A stretch of 63,047 nucleotides of DNA, filler included, from Cercozoa sp. M6MM (taxonomy: Eukaryota; Protista; Endomyxa: Ascetosporea), in assembly GCA_040357565.1 (NCBI GenBank). It is 8 parts of 8 records of this genome, joined end to end, with 100 filler letters (N's around TTAATTAATTAA, not from the genome) between each part and the next. Parts side by side here need not be neighbours in the genome. Positions count along the whole stretch, not along the records: positions 40,342 to 48,597 come from JBDODJ010000553.1; positions 48,698 to 52,829 come from JBDODJ010001221.1; positions 52,930 to 57,262 come from JBDODJ010001168.1; 5 more parts are not named here. One strand, 5' to 3'. The notes below the pieces were generated by a model, which was not told the DNA's origin, did not search any database, and saw only the letters and a list, made by a program, of their open reading frames with translations. Shown piece after piece: positions 40,500 to 54,142 of the stretch. How positions within the stretch are numbered: the stretch's first letter is position 1; each line of letters opens with the position of its first letter. The position numbers and the translations under genes are program-made.

Positions 40500-41783
40500 A
40501 ACGACAACAAGCAGGTACAAGGACTGTTTACAGTGGAATCTGGAGTAGTGCGTCGACTTGTCCGACTTGTCCGACGTGTCTAACGGGCCTGAGCGTCCGC
40601 CACAAAATACGACATCGTGCTGGCCGAGGTCGCAAGTCGCAGGCGCGTCCATGACATCACCTGTCATAAATTTAAGCCAACTGGATTGTGGGAAGCCCCG
40701 ATGCAGTTTTAATTTACCAACGACAACCTCAAACTCGCCTCGAGAAAACATAAGGTCGCGTACACCCGTCAAAGCTTTGCCTTTGCGGACCTGCACAAGC
40801 CCGCCAACAAAGCTTCCATGTCACAAAGTGTCACTGCAGTGTCACGGCAATATCAAGTAAAACTGTACTTTTTTGAGCATGTAGGCGGAGAATACACCTA
40901 TTCACAAGCAAACACTTTTCAATAAGTCAAGGCACTAAAGTCAAACAAGTCGGCCCACACCGGAAGTACTGCAGACATCGGCGAAGGAGGCCGCGGCGCG
41001 AATCGCCTTCTCCGCATCGGAGAGCTTAATCACAGAACTCATCTCCTCTAAGTCCCGCCGATTCTCCTTCGGCTGGACTGCCGAGCTGTTCCCCTCCAGC
41101 CGGACTGCCGAGCTGTTCCCCTCCAGCTGGACTGCTGAGCTGTTCTCCTCCAGCTGGACTGCCGAGTTTCCCTCCAGCCGAACTGCCGAGCTGTTCTCCT
41201 CCAGCGCCGAGTTTCCCTCCAGCTGAACTGCCGAGCTGTTCTCCTCCAGCTGGACTGCCGAGCTGTTCCCCTCCGGCTGGACAGCCGAGCTGTTCCCCTC
41301 CAGTTGGACTGCCAAACTGCTCGTGTAGCCCGAACTGCGCCAACTGCACACACAGGCATAACGCAAACAGGAAAACAATTAAGCGCCGACGTACAGTGGA
41401 TCAATGTAGCACATCAGCAGATACTTGTTCTTGAGTCCTTGCACGATTTGGCGCCTCTTTAACACTGTTGACACGGACAGAATCTTCTCGTAGACCTAAA
41501 CAACAAAAGCAACACAAAACTGCACTTGGAGAAAACTAATTGGAAACCCCATTGGGACCAACAGTGTTTACCTCGCGCGAGCACTTCGAGTGATTGATAA
41601 TGCTAAAGGCAGGGGTGTAGGTGTGCCCAACATTGTCTTCGAGCGCTTTCAAATCCGCGGGAAAATCCTAAACCACCAAAACATCCACAGCAGACACGAG
41701 AAATGATCTGAAACACTGACCAACGTGCGCAAAAACACATCAAAGCGCTTCAGCTCTTGAGCGACAGAGTTTAGCGACGCCAT
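40500..41783 (-). CDS. Hypothetical protein with a 27-bp coding tandem repeat (SSAVQLEGN)n, 3' truncated
   Basis: MASLNSVAQELKRFDVFLRT... spliced into about 9 repeat units at 41068-41320. Confidence 0.55.
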
Positions 41784-42099
41784 ATTAAGTCCGCGCACAG
41801 ATACTCTAGCTGGCGTATAGAAGGAAAGCGTTAACTGGCTGAAACCTGACCCCTTAAAATTATCAAAAGTTAGGGTACAGTACGCCGGACAGAATAATTT
41901 ATTAAGGACAAACCGCGGTCCATCGATTTACAGGGGCCTTTAAGAATTGATTTTCGTGCTGCTTGGACGGCAGGGGGAAATGAATGTGTGCACTTGATGG
42001 GCTCAGAGGGTGAGTGTTCGAAGAGAGTGTGCATGTTTAAATCGACCCAGGGCGAAAATCATGTTATTTTGTTGATTTCTTCTCGCGCTCTGGTCGCGC

Positions 42100-44421
42100 T
42101 CAGGTGACGGCGCTGTAAACACCAAGGACAGCGCTGCCTGTGCCGACCCTAGGAGCCAAAAACACTGGGCAGGTACCAAAAGATGGGGGGGGGGGGTAAA
42201 ATTAGAGGTAATTTACACAAAGGCCAGGACTGCAAGAAGTGCACTGGGCAACCTCGTCTTGGACTGGGGCAGTCTCCATGCCCGGTGTTTTCTGGGACAC
42301 CCGTATCTCCATTCAACAATAACATGGGGTTGGGCTCAAGTAGTTGGTACAGGTAGATCGCGGCTGGCATCAAGTAGGCTACCAAAGACCCCGCTACACT
42401 GCCAGAGATTGATTGCACGGTGCTAAGGTTCACCTACAAAGAAACTCTGTACTGGGACAGTCGAACATAAATTGGATAGTTAGAAGAACCTCCAAAGCAG
42501 ACACCAAGCAGGTAACTCCGACAATGAGTCCCGTCGGCAAAGCAACGTGCAGAATGTAGCTGCTTTGCGATAGCGCGGCAGTGTATATCTCCTGCTTGCC
42601 CAGGAAAAAGAAACGGCAACTGAGTTTTTTAGGGTGCATGGGGTGATCTTACATTAAAGGTGTCATAGGCGAGCTTTCGCACGGTCACTGCCAGCATTGC
42701 GTAAGACATCTGAAAAGAGAGGCAAAAAGCGTATCGTATTTGTGGCCTTTCCACAGATCAACGCGACTAAGGAAGGGTTAGACGAAATCTACGACTAGCG
42801 TTAGGCCGAAAGAAAGAGTGCAAATTTGCGTCATTGTATCGCTTTCGACGATAAAGTCACTCTTTAAAAACACAACATACACAGACATAAAATTTAGACA
42901 AGAAGCGCCTGCGCGTGTGTGTGGGATACGAGAACATTGTCGCTTACGCCGCTGCCGAAAAAGAAGAGTCCGGCCATTGCAATGCCGGCGTACAGCACAA
43001 CTGCGATGCTCTGCAACAATTCGGGGACTCGATTAGCCGAGAATTATTTAAACTTGAGCTCAAGCACAGAAGGACCTAAGTTTACCACGACAGAAGCCGA
43101 AACAAGCCTCATGCTTTTGAAGTTTCGCTTTTCGGGGGCGATGGTTTGGAACAGTGGCAGCATGTAGTTGTGGTACCTGCCAAAAAGATACCGGTGAAGC
43201 GATTGGTTTAGCTAAAGAAAAGGCTACACAAGAGCATTGGACATCAAGCCAACGGAGGTGGCGACATCGGCGAAACTTGACGGTAACATCGAGGGGGCCC
43301 TGTAGCTCAATGATACTGCAAAGGACCCCTGGGGAAGGGGGTAAAGTAAACAAACCGGTACTCAAGGTTCGTGTACGAACCGCCAAACGCAGGTCGCAGG
43401 ATAATAAAAATGCATACAGCGTAGGTCAGCGCCTGAATGTGTAAATTTTATACATTGGAAAGGTTGAATGCCAAGTGCCAGATACCGTATTGACGGAGGA
43501 CAGCTTCGCGAGTGAACCAATTTCGCGTCGGCAGGAGAATACAAACAGAAGCAGTGACAGGCAGACCTACGTATACACTTAAGATTCGCTTTATTGTCAG
43601 TCAGATGGGCTGAAGTTTAACATTTTACAGCAACTAGCATGTGCGACAGTTTGCTGCCGGTCCAAGCCCGCAACACGGCCGTCGAGCATTGAGTCATGAT
43701 CACGTGGTATGAGATCACTCCGCCGAGACTGTATCAATGGAACTGCGTACTGACCCCTCCACACCTCAGTTGCCAACACACCTAAAAAGCAGCGCACTGA
43801 CAGGCGCAGCAATGGCGCCTGCCTTGTTGAACGACCTACAGCAATTTACACGAACGTCCAAATTGATCGAACAGCACCGCACAAAGAAGCGCAGTAAGGT
43901 ACCGAGCCACATCGGCATAGCTGGGAAAGGTGCCTTCCTTTCGGCCGTAAAGGCGCACTGAGTCGATCATCATTAGCGAAGTTGCGTAGCCCTGTGTCGA
44001 ATGAGTCAATATTGATAGATACCATTGCGGGAAGGACCGAGGCATCGTACCAAAACACCGACGATGCACAGGCAGAGAAGGCCGCCTATGATGCCGCACT
44101 TCGCGAAAGCGAACGGCAAGGAGAGGACACCAGCTCCAACGATTCCATTGATCCCGTGCATCGCCACGATGGGCAGCGTTCGTGTTGTCTTGACCTCCTC
44201 GGTGTCTTGCCACTGTGAACTTGAAGTAACACAGTTCATGTATCTCAAGTCGACTGAAAGAAATGTACCACGATGGTTTGCTCATCGTCGCTCTGCTTGT
44301 AGAACTCGATCTTGTGCGGCACCTCCTCGACAAGTTCGATACTGACGTCGGAACTGGTCGTGCTTGAGTCCGAGAGCGTCGAAGCACTCGAAACGCGAGA
44401 CAGATGTCGCTCATGTTGCAT
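42100..44421 (-). CDS. Amino-acid transporter, AAAP/SLC38 (Aa_trans) family
   Basis: INGIVGAGVLSLPFAFAKCGIIGG; SYADVA; multiple TM exons; ISGSVAGSLVAYLMPA. Confidence 0.88.
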
Positions 44422-45435
44422 ATCGAGTGTCGCCACAAAACTACCCCCGAATTAAACCACTCAATACAATTCGTAATCGCATCCTGTGCGACATACGCAG
44501 TGCGAGGTACCGAATTTAGCTCACGTACCAGTACAAGACACGTCTCTTTCCTCTAATCGCCTTGCGCAAAGTTCAACTCGTGACCCTATTAGGGAACATT
44601 GTCACTTGTGGCCGGCACGTGTAGGCTGATCGGTGACTTCGGACTATTTTCGTCCGGCTCCTCCTTTGCAGCACCGACTGACTGGTTATGATACCAGCCT
44701 AAATTTACTCACGGCAAGAAACGGAAAGGTCGAATGACCCATCGATCTGCCGCTGGTATTGTACCTTTCGTTTACCAACGAACTGTGCTTTTGTTGTAAA
44801 TTGTAAATACAATGCAACCGAATGCAAACTTGAAGGACGCCAAATTGGTAGATCCGCGAACCACAAGTAAACCTACGGGCAAAAAAGCGGCTTCCGACTG
44901 ACACACGAAAAATACCCCCCCCCCCCGCTACGGGAGTAGCTAAAGTAGCTTCCGAAACGGGATAAGGCTTCAGAGCATCGACAACTTTCACTGTCTGTTT
45001 CGACGGGTTGCTATCGACAACTTCGGCGGTTGCGTTTGAGATTAACGACAGTTAGATATGCACCAAGACTGTCACCTTGAGGGCCTCCTCCTCTTCGTCG
45101 CCAGTCGGTTGGTACAGATCGTGACCAGTCACCGCTTAATCACGTGTCTGACACAAAAGATCCTGTGCCACGGAGTCAATGGCGGGTTTCTCATGGTTTT
45201 TTGATCTGTCGTAACTGCCAAGTGAATTTGCAACATCCTGGGTCTAAAGAAATCAAAGCATAATCACACCGGCATGTGCACGTGAGAGTATGCTGCAAAA
45301 AGTTTCAGTTGTCAAACCTGCAATCAATTGGGCCGACAAATCAATCGGGCTCTGGAGCCGATGCAGAGCACATATTATTTGTTAGTTTTCTGTCGATACA
45401 CTTGTTTCAGGAGCTGGCCACCACCTGTACAATAG

Positions 45436-48400
45436 ATGACACCGCTCATCCAGTTGCAAGGTGTGGGTAAGCTGACTGCCGCCATTTTCGAGCAAGCGCT
45501 GGGAGTGAGCACATGTGAGGAGCTGAAGGCGGTCGATAACGTGACCGACAAGGTGCTCCAAAGTGAGGCTTACACCAATGCAAACAAGCGCTCACAGGTA
45601 CATTTCCTGTAAGCGGACTCGTGTCACATCAATATGTTGGACATAAACTTAGACTTGTTTCTCATACTTATACTGTACAGGCTACAGTGCGTCGTGCACT
45701 ATCGCGACTCACCGGCGATTTTGTATTCCGTTCTGTTCGTTTAACATGGGCTTTATGTTATGCTTGTGTATGACAGTCAGCTGAGCCACCGAAAAAGAAG
45801 CGAAAGACTCCGCCAAAGCAGCAGCGAAATGTGCAGATGAAAGAGACTGTTCCAATGCGAGACGGTGCCACGGAGATCAAGGTACCACCATCTTTAGATG
45901 CAGTCAAAGCGACACCCTAATGTCTTCATCATGTATTGTTGATCAGAAACCTGAGCTCCCTCGAATGACACCGAACATTGGTACCCCGGCTTTTCTTTAA
46001 ACAGCACAAAGCATATGCCAAGTTTACAAATCAAACAGAAGTTGAGAGACTGAAGCGACACATCAGATTTGACACGAGCTTTGAGGCTGCTTTTGAGTCT
46101 GCGAAGAAGGAGATTGGTACGCCTGTCCTACAACGCCTTGTCTGACTACGACTGTGTGCAGATGAAGACATGGACGACAGCTGGGTTCTGCTGCGCATCG
46201 GGTGGGAGTTCCAGCAGTAATTTTGCCGTTGTCTTATCATCGCTCCAACAAGTACACGCGTTTACTTTGCTTGCAGTTCGCCGCATCTCCACAGCGTGAT
46301 GTCAATTGCCTGTCCTGAGGTGCAAATGCACAACAAAGAGTTGGACAAGGTTCTGAAAGCAGCTTGGGCTTACTGTAACCGATTTCAACGTAGGTGGACG
46401 CGAGGTCCGGTGCGTTGTCTTGTCTCATTTGTTTGTTTCCCTTTGCTCCGAGTCGAATGCGTGATTGTGGGACACGCTTGAGCAGAACAAGTTGTTGATT
46501 GGCCAGCGAGAATTGTTGGTACTGCAATGATAGTTCAGGTACACACTCGCTTGGTTAACATTGTGACTCACAGGGGAAGATGCTACCGTCCAATGTGTTT
46601 CGCCTGCGCAAACGCACCAGCGTCGATGATGTTTTGTTGGTAAACATGCACGCATAGCCGTACACTTACTACCGTATGTTTGGATTACGAACAGACGATT
46701 CGTCCTGCAGTCAAATACCTTCGCAAGCCTGTACCAGAGGTGGGCTACCTCTGCATTTGTAAATTAGTCGGCAAATGCGTTAGTGTTTGGACAGGACGTA
46801 CTGCGTTTGATTGGCGATTTCGCAGCACCTAACACTGGTCGCAGTCTTGATGAGTGTACTCGTCTTTGGCAACACGTCTTGCTGTTGGACTGTGCATGTT
46901 TGTAGTGAAAAATGTCGATATCGAAGAGATGGTGTACGCACAGTACAAGGAGGTACACCTAGAACGACCTAATACCCAGTTCGTGCATGCAAGCAATGTG
47001 GGTCATCTTTCTGAAAAGGAACTCACAAAATTGGCCGACATGCCGCTGAATGAGGGGCATCTTGTCACAGTGCTTCAGAACATGAGTATTGCAGCCACTA
47101 ATTACTTCTGCATATCTCAGCATGTGTGTGAACGTGTGGAAATGCAGAGAATGGCATGCAAAAGAAGATTTTTGCTCTGGTGCGCGCTGTTGCGGTACCG
47201 CCTGTAACTCCCAGTGTACAGCTTTCCTTGATGCACCTCATTGGTAGAGAGTCAACCTGGAAGTGCATGATCTTTGGCGCTACTGCAACGCACATGCGGC
47301 TCCGCTGGTGAGTGCTGCTTCCGTACATTAGCGTGTGAACACAAGCATGGCGGCACGTGTGTGCAGAAAGTGCTGTGCGAGAAAGCAACGTTGCGCAACT
47401 TCGTTCGATTCAGTGAAAGTGACAGTCTGAATGCTAAGCAAGAGGTGCGTCAGACTGGAGGTGTTGTTATGTGTTTACCCCGTATACGTGCACGCACAGA
47501 CGTCACAGTTGCGAGCTGCGTACAGCAAGGCAAGCCGCGATGGACGCTTTGACGTTTACGTACCTTTGTTTGACCTCTCACATTGTTCGTTCCTGGTATA
47601 ATCCAGGCTACAGGTCAAACGGAAGAGTCTGTTGCAGTATGCGGAAAAACTTGGCATGTTATACTGCGGTACTCATTTTATATCGGTAAAGGTACAGTCT
47701 GCACTGTTGGCTCTTGTCTATAGGCTCAAAGGAGTACCAAAAGTACGCCGAATATTCAAGACGTGTGTGGTACCTTTTCTGCACGTAGATCGCAGCTATT
47801 TCCCAATCAGTCTGTGTCATACAGTCAACGAGTCGAGCACGCTGTTGCCCTCGTTCGACTGATTTCGACTTCGATATTCTCACCTGAAAACGCATTCGAA
47901 ACCGCCGATCCGACGTTGTATTACAACTCGAACTATCCGGAGTTGCAAGCGCCTCTTGACGTCTCTGTCGATACAGTAGCATGAATGCTATACAGTACTG
48001 GGGCAGTGTGGGTATGCATTTGTGCTTTTTGGATACAGCTGATGCACGAAATCGACGGACTGACGAGCACGCGGTTTGACAAGGATATGTTGCGCCAACT
48101 GGCGAGAACCATGCCGGTCTTTATGCGGAACACGGTAGTTACTGTCTCGATGTTTTGTTTCTCTTCATTTATGTGCCCAAGTATGTTGTGGGTTTATGTT
48201 CGCGGTGCAGCTGGAGTTTCATCGACGCGGCTTGCACAACAGAGACCACACCACAGAGACCTACGCGTAGTCTATCCCGTTAGGGCAGATAGTCTGTGTT
48301 GAGTATGTTGTGCCTTTTTCGCAGACTCGCCGTGCAGCAGGTGGTGCAGTGGCTGATGCCGGAAGGACGACACTCCCTGCCGGCAGTGCACACCTTTGAC

Positions 48401-48549
48401 AACTTCGTGTCTCTCATGGTGTATGTTTGCTGTACTGATGTCTATTCTGCATGGGTACATTTGTTTTATGCAGGCTTGTCAACATGATCCGCGCAGTACT
48501 TCCACATGGTACGTGAGACCGGAACTATCTGACAATTCACAGAACCATG

Positions 48550-48550
<1 letters not shown>
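45436..48550 (+). CDS. Large hypothetical nuclear protein with N-terminal helix-hairpin-helix motif and NLS, truncated
   Basis: MTPLIQLQGVGKLTAAIFEQALGVSTCEEL; PPKKKRK; many in-frame GT-AG exons. Confidence 0.55.
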
Positions 48551-48597
<47 letters not shown>

Positions 48598-48697
48598 NNN
48601 NNNNNNNNNNNNNNNNNNNNNNNNNNNNNNNNNNNNNNNNNTTAATTAATTAANNNNNNNNNNNNNNNNNNNNNNNNNNNNNNNNNNNNNNNNNNNN

Positions 48698-51600
48698 TAG
48701 GGGTTGGGGGGGGGGGGGTAACACAGTCTACCCAACGCATTCTCCGACAACAACTGCATGTCTGCCGGTCGCAGTGACACCTGACCAAGGGGGTAGGGGT
48801 AGAGGGTAGGGGGTAGGGGGTAAGGGGGTAAACACGAGTCCTACCAGCACCGGCTTGACCTCCTGCGCCGAGTCCTCCAGCCAGTCCTCCTGTACACACA
48901 GACAGCGCACTATTACACCCTTAACCACAGCCTTAAAAAAACTTACAACCTCGCCGTACAGCGCCTGGTTGGCACGTGTCGGCGGGAACAAGTCGTCCTG
49001 GAACCTGTCCAAAGGGGCAGGGGGTAAAGTAGGGCTAAACATGGGGAGGGGGGTAAAGCTACAAATCCTTGCGCTTGCGCGGCACAGTGAACGACACCGG
49101 AACCAGTGCCGAGAAGTCCTGTTGCAGGGGGTAAAGGATGAGGGGGGTGGGGGGTAAGACAAGCTACGTGCGTCAACTTGAGCGCCGTGGCCACCTGGCA
49201 GCGACGCACATCGCATGCCATCTGTCCACACACAAACATTGGTCCATATCGACATAGAATGGTCCATACGGACAATCCATATGGACACACAAGCCGCCTA
49301 CCTTGTGTCGGAAGGCCAGCGTGGCACAAGGCGTATCGGCGCGCCAGCCGCCAAACTTCTGCAGCGGCTGCTTGGCCTGCACACACACACGACTACCGGG
49401 GGGGGGGGGGGGTCAAAAGACAGCAAGCTACGTCCTTGCGCAGACAGAGCTCCATGATGTTCACCTGCGACTCACCCGCGCCCAGTACTGCACACAAGGG
49501 GGGGGGGGGTAAGAAGGGGGGTAAAAGACAGGAGACCTACCGAACAGCAGCGACGTGTCGCGATCGAAAAACGGAACCAGCGGCGCATTCGACGTGTCCA
49601 ACGTCGTCGTGGCTACACACATCGGTCCATTTGTACCCATTCACACAGCCTCATGCCGTCCATATGGACCGTCCCACACTGTGTGTACCCAGAGGTGCAA
49701 CTTCGATTTCGCCCGTCGCCTCGCCGTCGATCACGAAGGCCGAAACGCGGCGCAAATTGCGTCGCGCGAATCCCGCCGACACCAGCTTGTACTCGCCTGT
49801 ACACACAGACGGACCGTCCAATTGTACACGGTCCAAAATGTACAGTCCAAACTGTACATATCGGAAATACCCTGCGTAGCCGCCGTATCGGCGAACAAAA
49901 CGCGGCCGTCGCGCACTGTCTCCTCCACACTGTTCACAAAGGTCTTACCCCCCTCACCCTCTTCACCCCCTTCCCCAGACGAGAGAAGCTACGCGAACTG
50001 GCACTTGAGCGTGAGCGTGCGCGCATCGAAAATTCGCACGAAACCGTCCTTGCACGACGTGGCCTGACAGGGGGGGGGGGGGGGGNNNNNNNNNNNNNNN
50101 NNNNNNNNNNNNNNNNNNNNNNNNNNNNNNNNNNNNNNNNNNNNNNNNNNNNNNNNNNNNNNNNNNNNNNNNNNNNNNNNNNNNNGGGGGGGGGGGGTGG
50201 GGGTAAAACTACCACAAGCGAGCCGTCGAAGTTGAAAGCGGCGTCCCAGATGCGCTGCTTGTGCTCCGTTGTCGATACCTGTCCGCATTGTACACATGTC
50301 CATACGGACCGTCCATACCGACAATTTAAAAGTACAATCAGTTCGCCCGTTCGCGCATTCCACAGCGATAACACGTGGCCCTGGAGGGGGTAAGATAGGA
50401 GGGGTGGGTAAGATAGGAGGGGGGTGGGTGGGTAAAGGCTACCTTGGCACCAAAGGCGGCCGACGCCGTCACGAGCAGTTCCGGCACCTGGTCGTGGAAG
50501 CGGCACATGACCACCTTGCCCGAGTGCTGCTCCAGACCAACACAGGAAAGAGTTAATTATATCTATAATATATCAATATTAATATCAATATCAATATCAA
50601 TATCAATATCTATATACAAGTAATAAGGAGGGTGTAGGATGGGGTAAAACGCACCTTGAGCACAGCGAGCGGCTCTGTGAAGTCGCCGCGATGCGATCCG
50701 CGCGCGTTCTGCACCAGGTGGTCTTCCCTATCAGGGGGGGGGGGGGGGGGGGTTAAAGAGGTGCAGGTTAAAGAGGTGCAGGGTGCAAAGTGCAATCTAC
50801 CACTCAGCCTCCTCGATGGGCATGTCGAACACCTTGACAGTGCCATCGTCGCTAGCTACTCCCAAGTCACAAACAACAAAGCTTCCTTACCCCACTAACC
50901 CCCACCCACCTTAAGAATCTATCTCACCAGTGGCCAGCAGGTTGGTGTGCATGCCACTCAGCGCGATCATGTTGATCTTTTGCGCATGTGCGCGCACCAA
51001 TGGCCTACACGTGGTCACGTGCACACTGAACCTTGACTTGCCTTAACCGAGAACGGGTACCACTCTGCAGGCAGACGACCGAGCTTTGACAGCGGCACGA
51101 CGCCGACTGCGTTGCCACCCACCGTCTGCGCAGAGGGGACAGGGATAAGGGCAGGGCTAAGGGCATAGAAAGTCAAGGAAAAAAGAGGGGAAGCTACCGT
51201 CCAAACAGCGGCCGCACAGTGCTCGTTCACCACGAGCGACCGCGAGTTATCACTGTACACATTACCTGTCAAATAAGCTACCTCAATACAACTAGAGTAA
51301 GACGCACCGGCTAACATTCCAGTGCGTGTACATGGCATCCTTCGACTTCTCCTGCACAGACACATATCTCTTTCAGTCAATCTCTTTCAGTCAAAAGCTC
51401 TTATTTCGAGTCAAAGCTTTCCAACACCAACGAGTATTTCGAGTGCGAATAGCTTCGCCTTAAATTTTGAGAGCCGCTCACCTCAGAACCAGACGTGTGC
51501 AGCAGCGTTGACTGCGTGAAGCGCTTGTCCAACGCAGCACGTCGCTCCTCGGCCGCACGAGCCTGTTTATTGACCCAGACAGATTCGTTGGTTCGGGTGG

Positions 51601-52829
51601 TTCTTTGAAAGCAAAAAGTGAAAACCTCCTCAGCGAGTCTACGCGCTTCCTCACTGTCCTGCTGCTTGGCCTGCCTACACAGACTCACACATGTCAAAAC
51701 AGACCTCGAATTGTGTTGATATCAGTTAGATACTGTAATTTCTTCTCGGCGGCGGTCACGCCACGTCCACGCGGGTTGAAGCGTTTCTCTGCAAAAAATA
51801 ATTTTCGTGAAATAAAAACCAAAAGCAGCTCTACCAGTCGTTGTAGTTGACGCTTGGGCAATAGAAACGGCCGGAGTGGTCGCTGCAGCCGACTGCGGAC
51901 CGAACAGGTGCACTGGAGCCTCCTTGTTCTACGTCCAAAGCAATGCAGAGATTCATCAAGCCAGACGATCAAAAGCAACGAACCATCTTGTCCACCAGGT
52001 ACTGTGAGGCAGTCAGCGCATTCTCTGGGGCAGCACACGGCGGGAACACGGCCGCATCGAAGCAAGCACCCGCACGACGCGGCACACGAATCGAAATCGG
52101 CACCAGCGAGTTGGCTACAAAGCGACACGCAATGCACTTCCGAAACCAAGCACAACTGCTTCGAAACAAGCGAGCGAATACAAGCAAGACAAAGCAATTT
52201 CATAAAGCAAAGCAAAGCAAAAGCGAGACAAAAGCAAAGCAAAAGCGAAATACAAGCAAAGCAAAAGCGAAACAAAGCGAAAACAAAGCGAAACAAAAGC
52301 GAGGCGAAGCTACCAGTGAGTTTGAACAGTCGGAGCACTTCGAAGTTGTCCGTGTCGATACAGTGCTTCGGCAGCACGCCCAGGCCGACGTATCTCTGCA
52401 GTAAAGCACTGACTTAACTCGTCCAGAAACTACACAAAGAGGTCCAGTCTGTACTTTAGTCAAAGAGCTTACCGAAGACTGCGAGTTGAGCGACGTCAGC
52501 GCTGTGAAACTTGAGCCAGTGCCCTGCGAGACGTCGAAAATGCGCAAAGTGCTCGCGCCACGCAGCGTCAGCGCCAGCAGACCCGTGCTGTGCCGATAGG
52601 AAGGTAGGTAAGGAGAGGGTAGAGAGGAAGGGGGTACACAGGGTCATGACAGGCCAGCACAGCGCCCGACGAGAAGCCCGTGATCTTAACACTGTCGGCT
52701 TGCTCGCCTGCCCAAACGTTCCAGTCACACGAACGGTCTATATGGACCAAGACAGTACCAGACAACGGGTCGAAAAAGAAGGCGTAGTTCTCGCGGAAGC
52801 GGTTTGTTCCCAGTGCCAAGTACTACGGG
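48698..52829 (-). CDS. Tandem coronin (CORO7/POD-1-like), both ends truncated
   Basis: Two coronin C-terminal signatures (EVLRLFKLT..PISIRVPRR..FDAAVFPP and VPVSFTVPRKRKDRFQDDLFPPT); WD40 FNFDGSL..ATSCKDGFVRIFDAR; LVPFFDRDTSLLF. Confidence 0.85.
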
Positions 52830-52929
52830 NNNNNNNNNNNNNNNNNNNNNNNNNNNNNNNNNNNNNNNNNNNNTTAATTAATTAANNNNNNNNNNNNNNN
52901 NNNNNNNNNNNNNNNNNNNNNNNNNNNNN

Positions 52930-53780
52930 GTGTGTGTGTGAACAAATGCAGTACAGCATAACTGGCTGGTCCGCAAAGTCGATATCGTCAGCATTCTCTG
53001 AGAAAACTTCATGTCAGAGCAAAAAACAAAGGAGTGGGAGAGTACCAGAATTTCGTAGAGCGAGATGCAGTTGCAGAAGTACTTGCGGAAACGACTCGAA
53101 CAGCACTTCAATAATACGGTTGGCCGCCTGCAAGCACATGTCCACGTGTCGATACAAAACACACACACACACACACACACACATAGTACACTCGCCAACC
53201 ACAGGACACAAGATACTAGGTCAAGGCGTTCCTCGATTGACTGTCGGCGCAGTGCTTCAAGAGCCGTCACGATCGGATTGAGTTGCAGCACCGTCAACAC
53301 GAAGCGGCCGACAGTGAGGTTGTCCGACTTGCTTATTGCACTGCGCACATGTGAATGAGTGTGTGTGTGTTGTTGTTGTTGTTGTTGCTGCAGGTGTGTA
53401 AAACAGAGACCAGTACCTGTAGGCAATTTCAACGCAAGTTCGGAGCGAGATAATAGCAATGGCTGTGTAAGCATAATTGCGCCTTTCTTTGTCGGGATAC
53501 AGTGACAGAACTAGGGCAATGTCCGTGTAAACGTCAGCCATCGCCAACAAGGCTCCACCAATTAGCAAGAATTTCTTAAATGCACTCCACTAAAATTAAC
53601 AGCAAACACAAACATCTCGGGCACAGTCGGCTTGTACACTCACGCATGCAAGAGAAAAGGAACTTTTTCCAGTCGAACCGTGTGATTTCGCTGCAGCTGT
53701 GCACCATCTGCACGAGTAAAGAAAACAAATAGTCCCATCAATCTCCCATTCTTCGTACAGTAAATTACACTACCTGTCAT
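52930..53780 (-). CDS. XK-related membrane protein (Xkr scramblase-like), truncated
   Basis: LAMADVYTDIALV and IEVLFESFPQVLLQL match the XK-family DxxTD and ExxxESxPQxxLQ motifs. Confidence 0.75.
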
Positions 53781-54142
53781 TGTACAGTAGGGGGCGCTGC
53801 AGTGTGCACACACGCACTTGCACCCAAATTAACCCTTTCGATTGCACCACACCGAAAAACAAGCCCTAAAGCTCGCCGGATACTGCAGAAACTTTTTTAA
53901 ATGGGTGAGTACAGCCATCCCTCAGCCGTCAGACCTGGGCAGTCTGCACAGGGTCTCTCTCTTCTGGCAACATTACGCTGGTCTCCTGTCGATGAGGGCG
54001 GATGCGTATGTGAGCCTGAGTGCGTGGCGGCGGGCATCCCACGCCACGCTTGGATCGGCCGAAGCACGGATTTCCGCCGAATCGTCTCCGTGCTTCGACA
54101 CGTGCACTGGCATTCATCTATAGGTTGCTAGCCTTGAACGAA

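Noticed and set aside
43290-43330. Apparent in-frame stops suggesting an alternative genetic code or selenocysteine
   Set aside because: Resolved by choosing the next AG acceptor; conserved genes translate in the standard code and use TAA, TAG and TGA as stops
44690-45193. Possible small minus-strand gene divergent from the HhH gene
   Set aside because: Exon-like pieces only; could not build a coherent model
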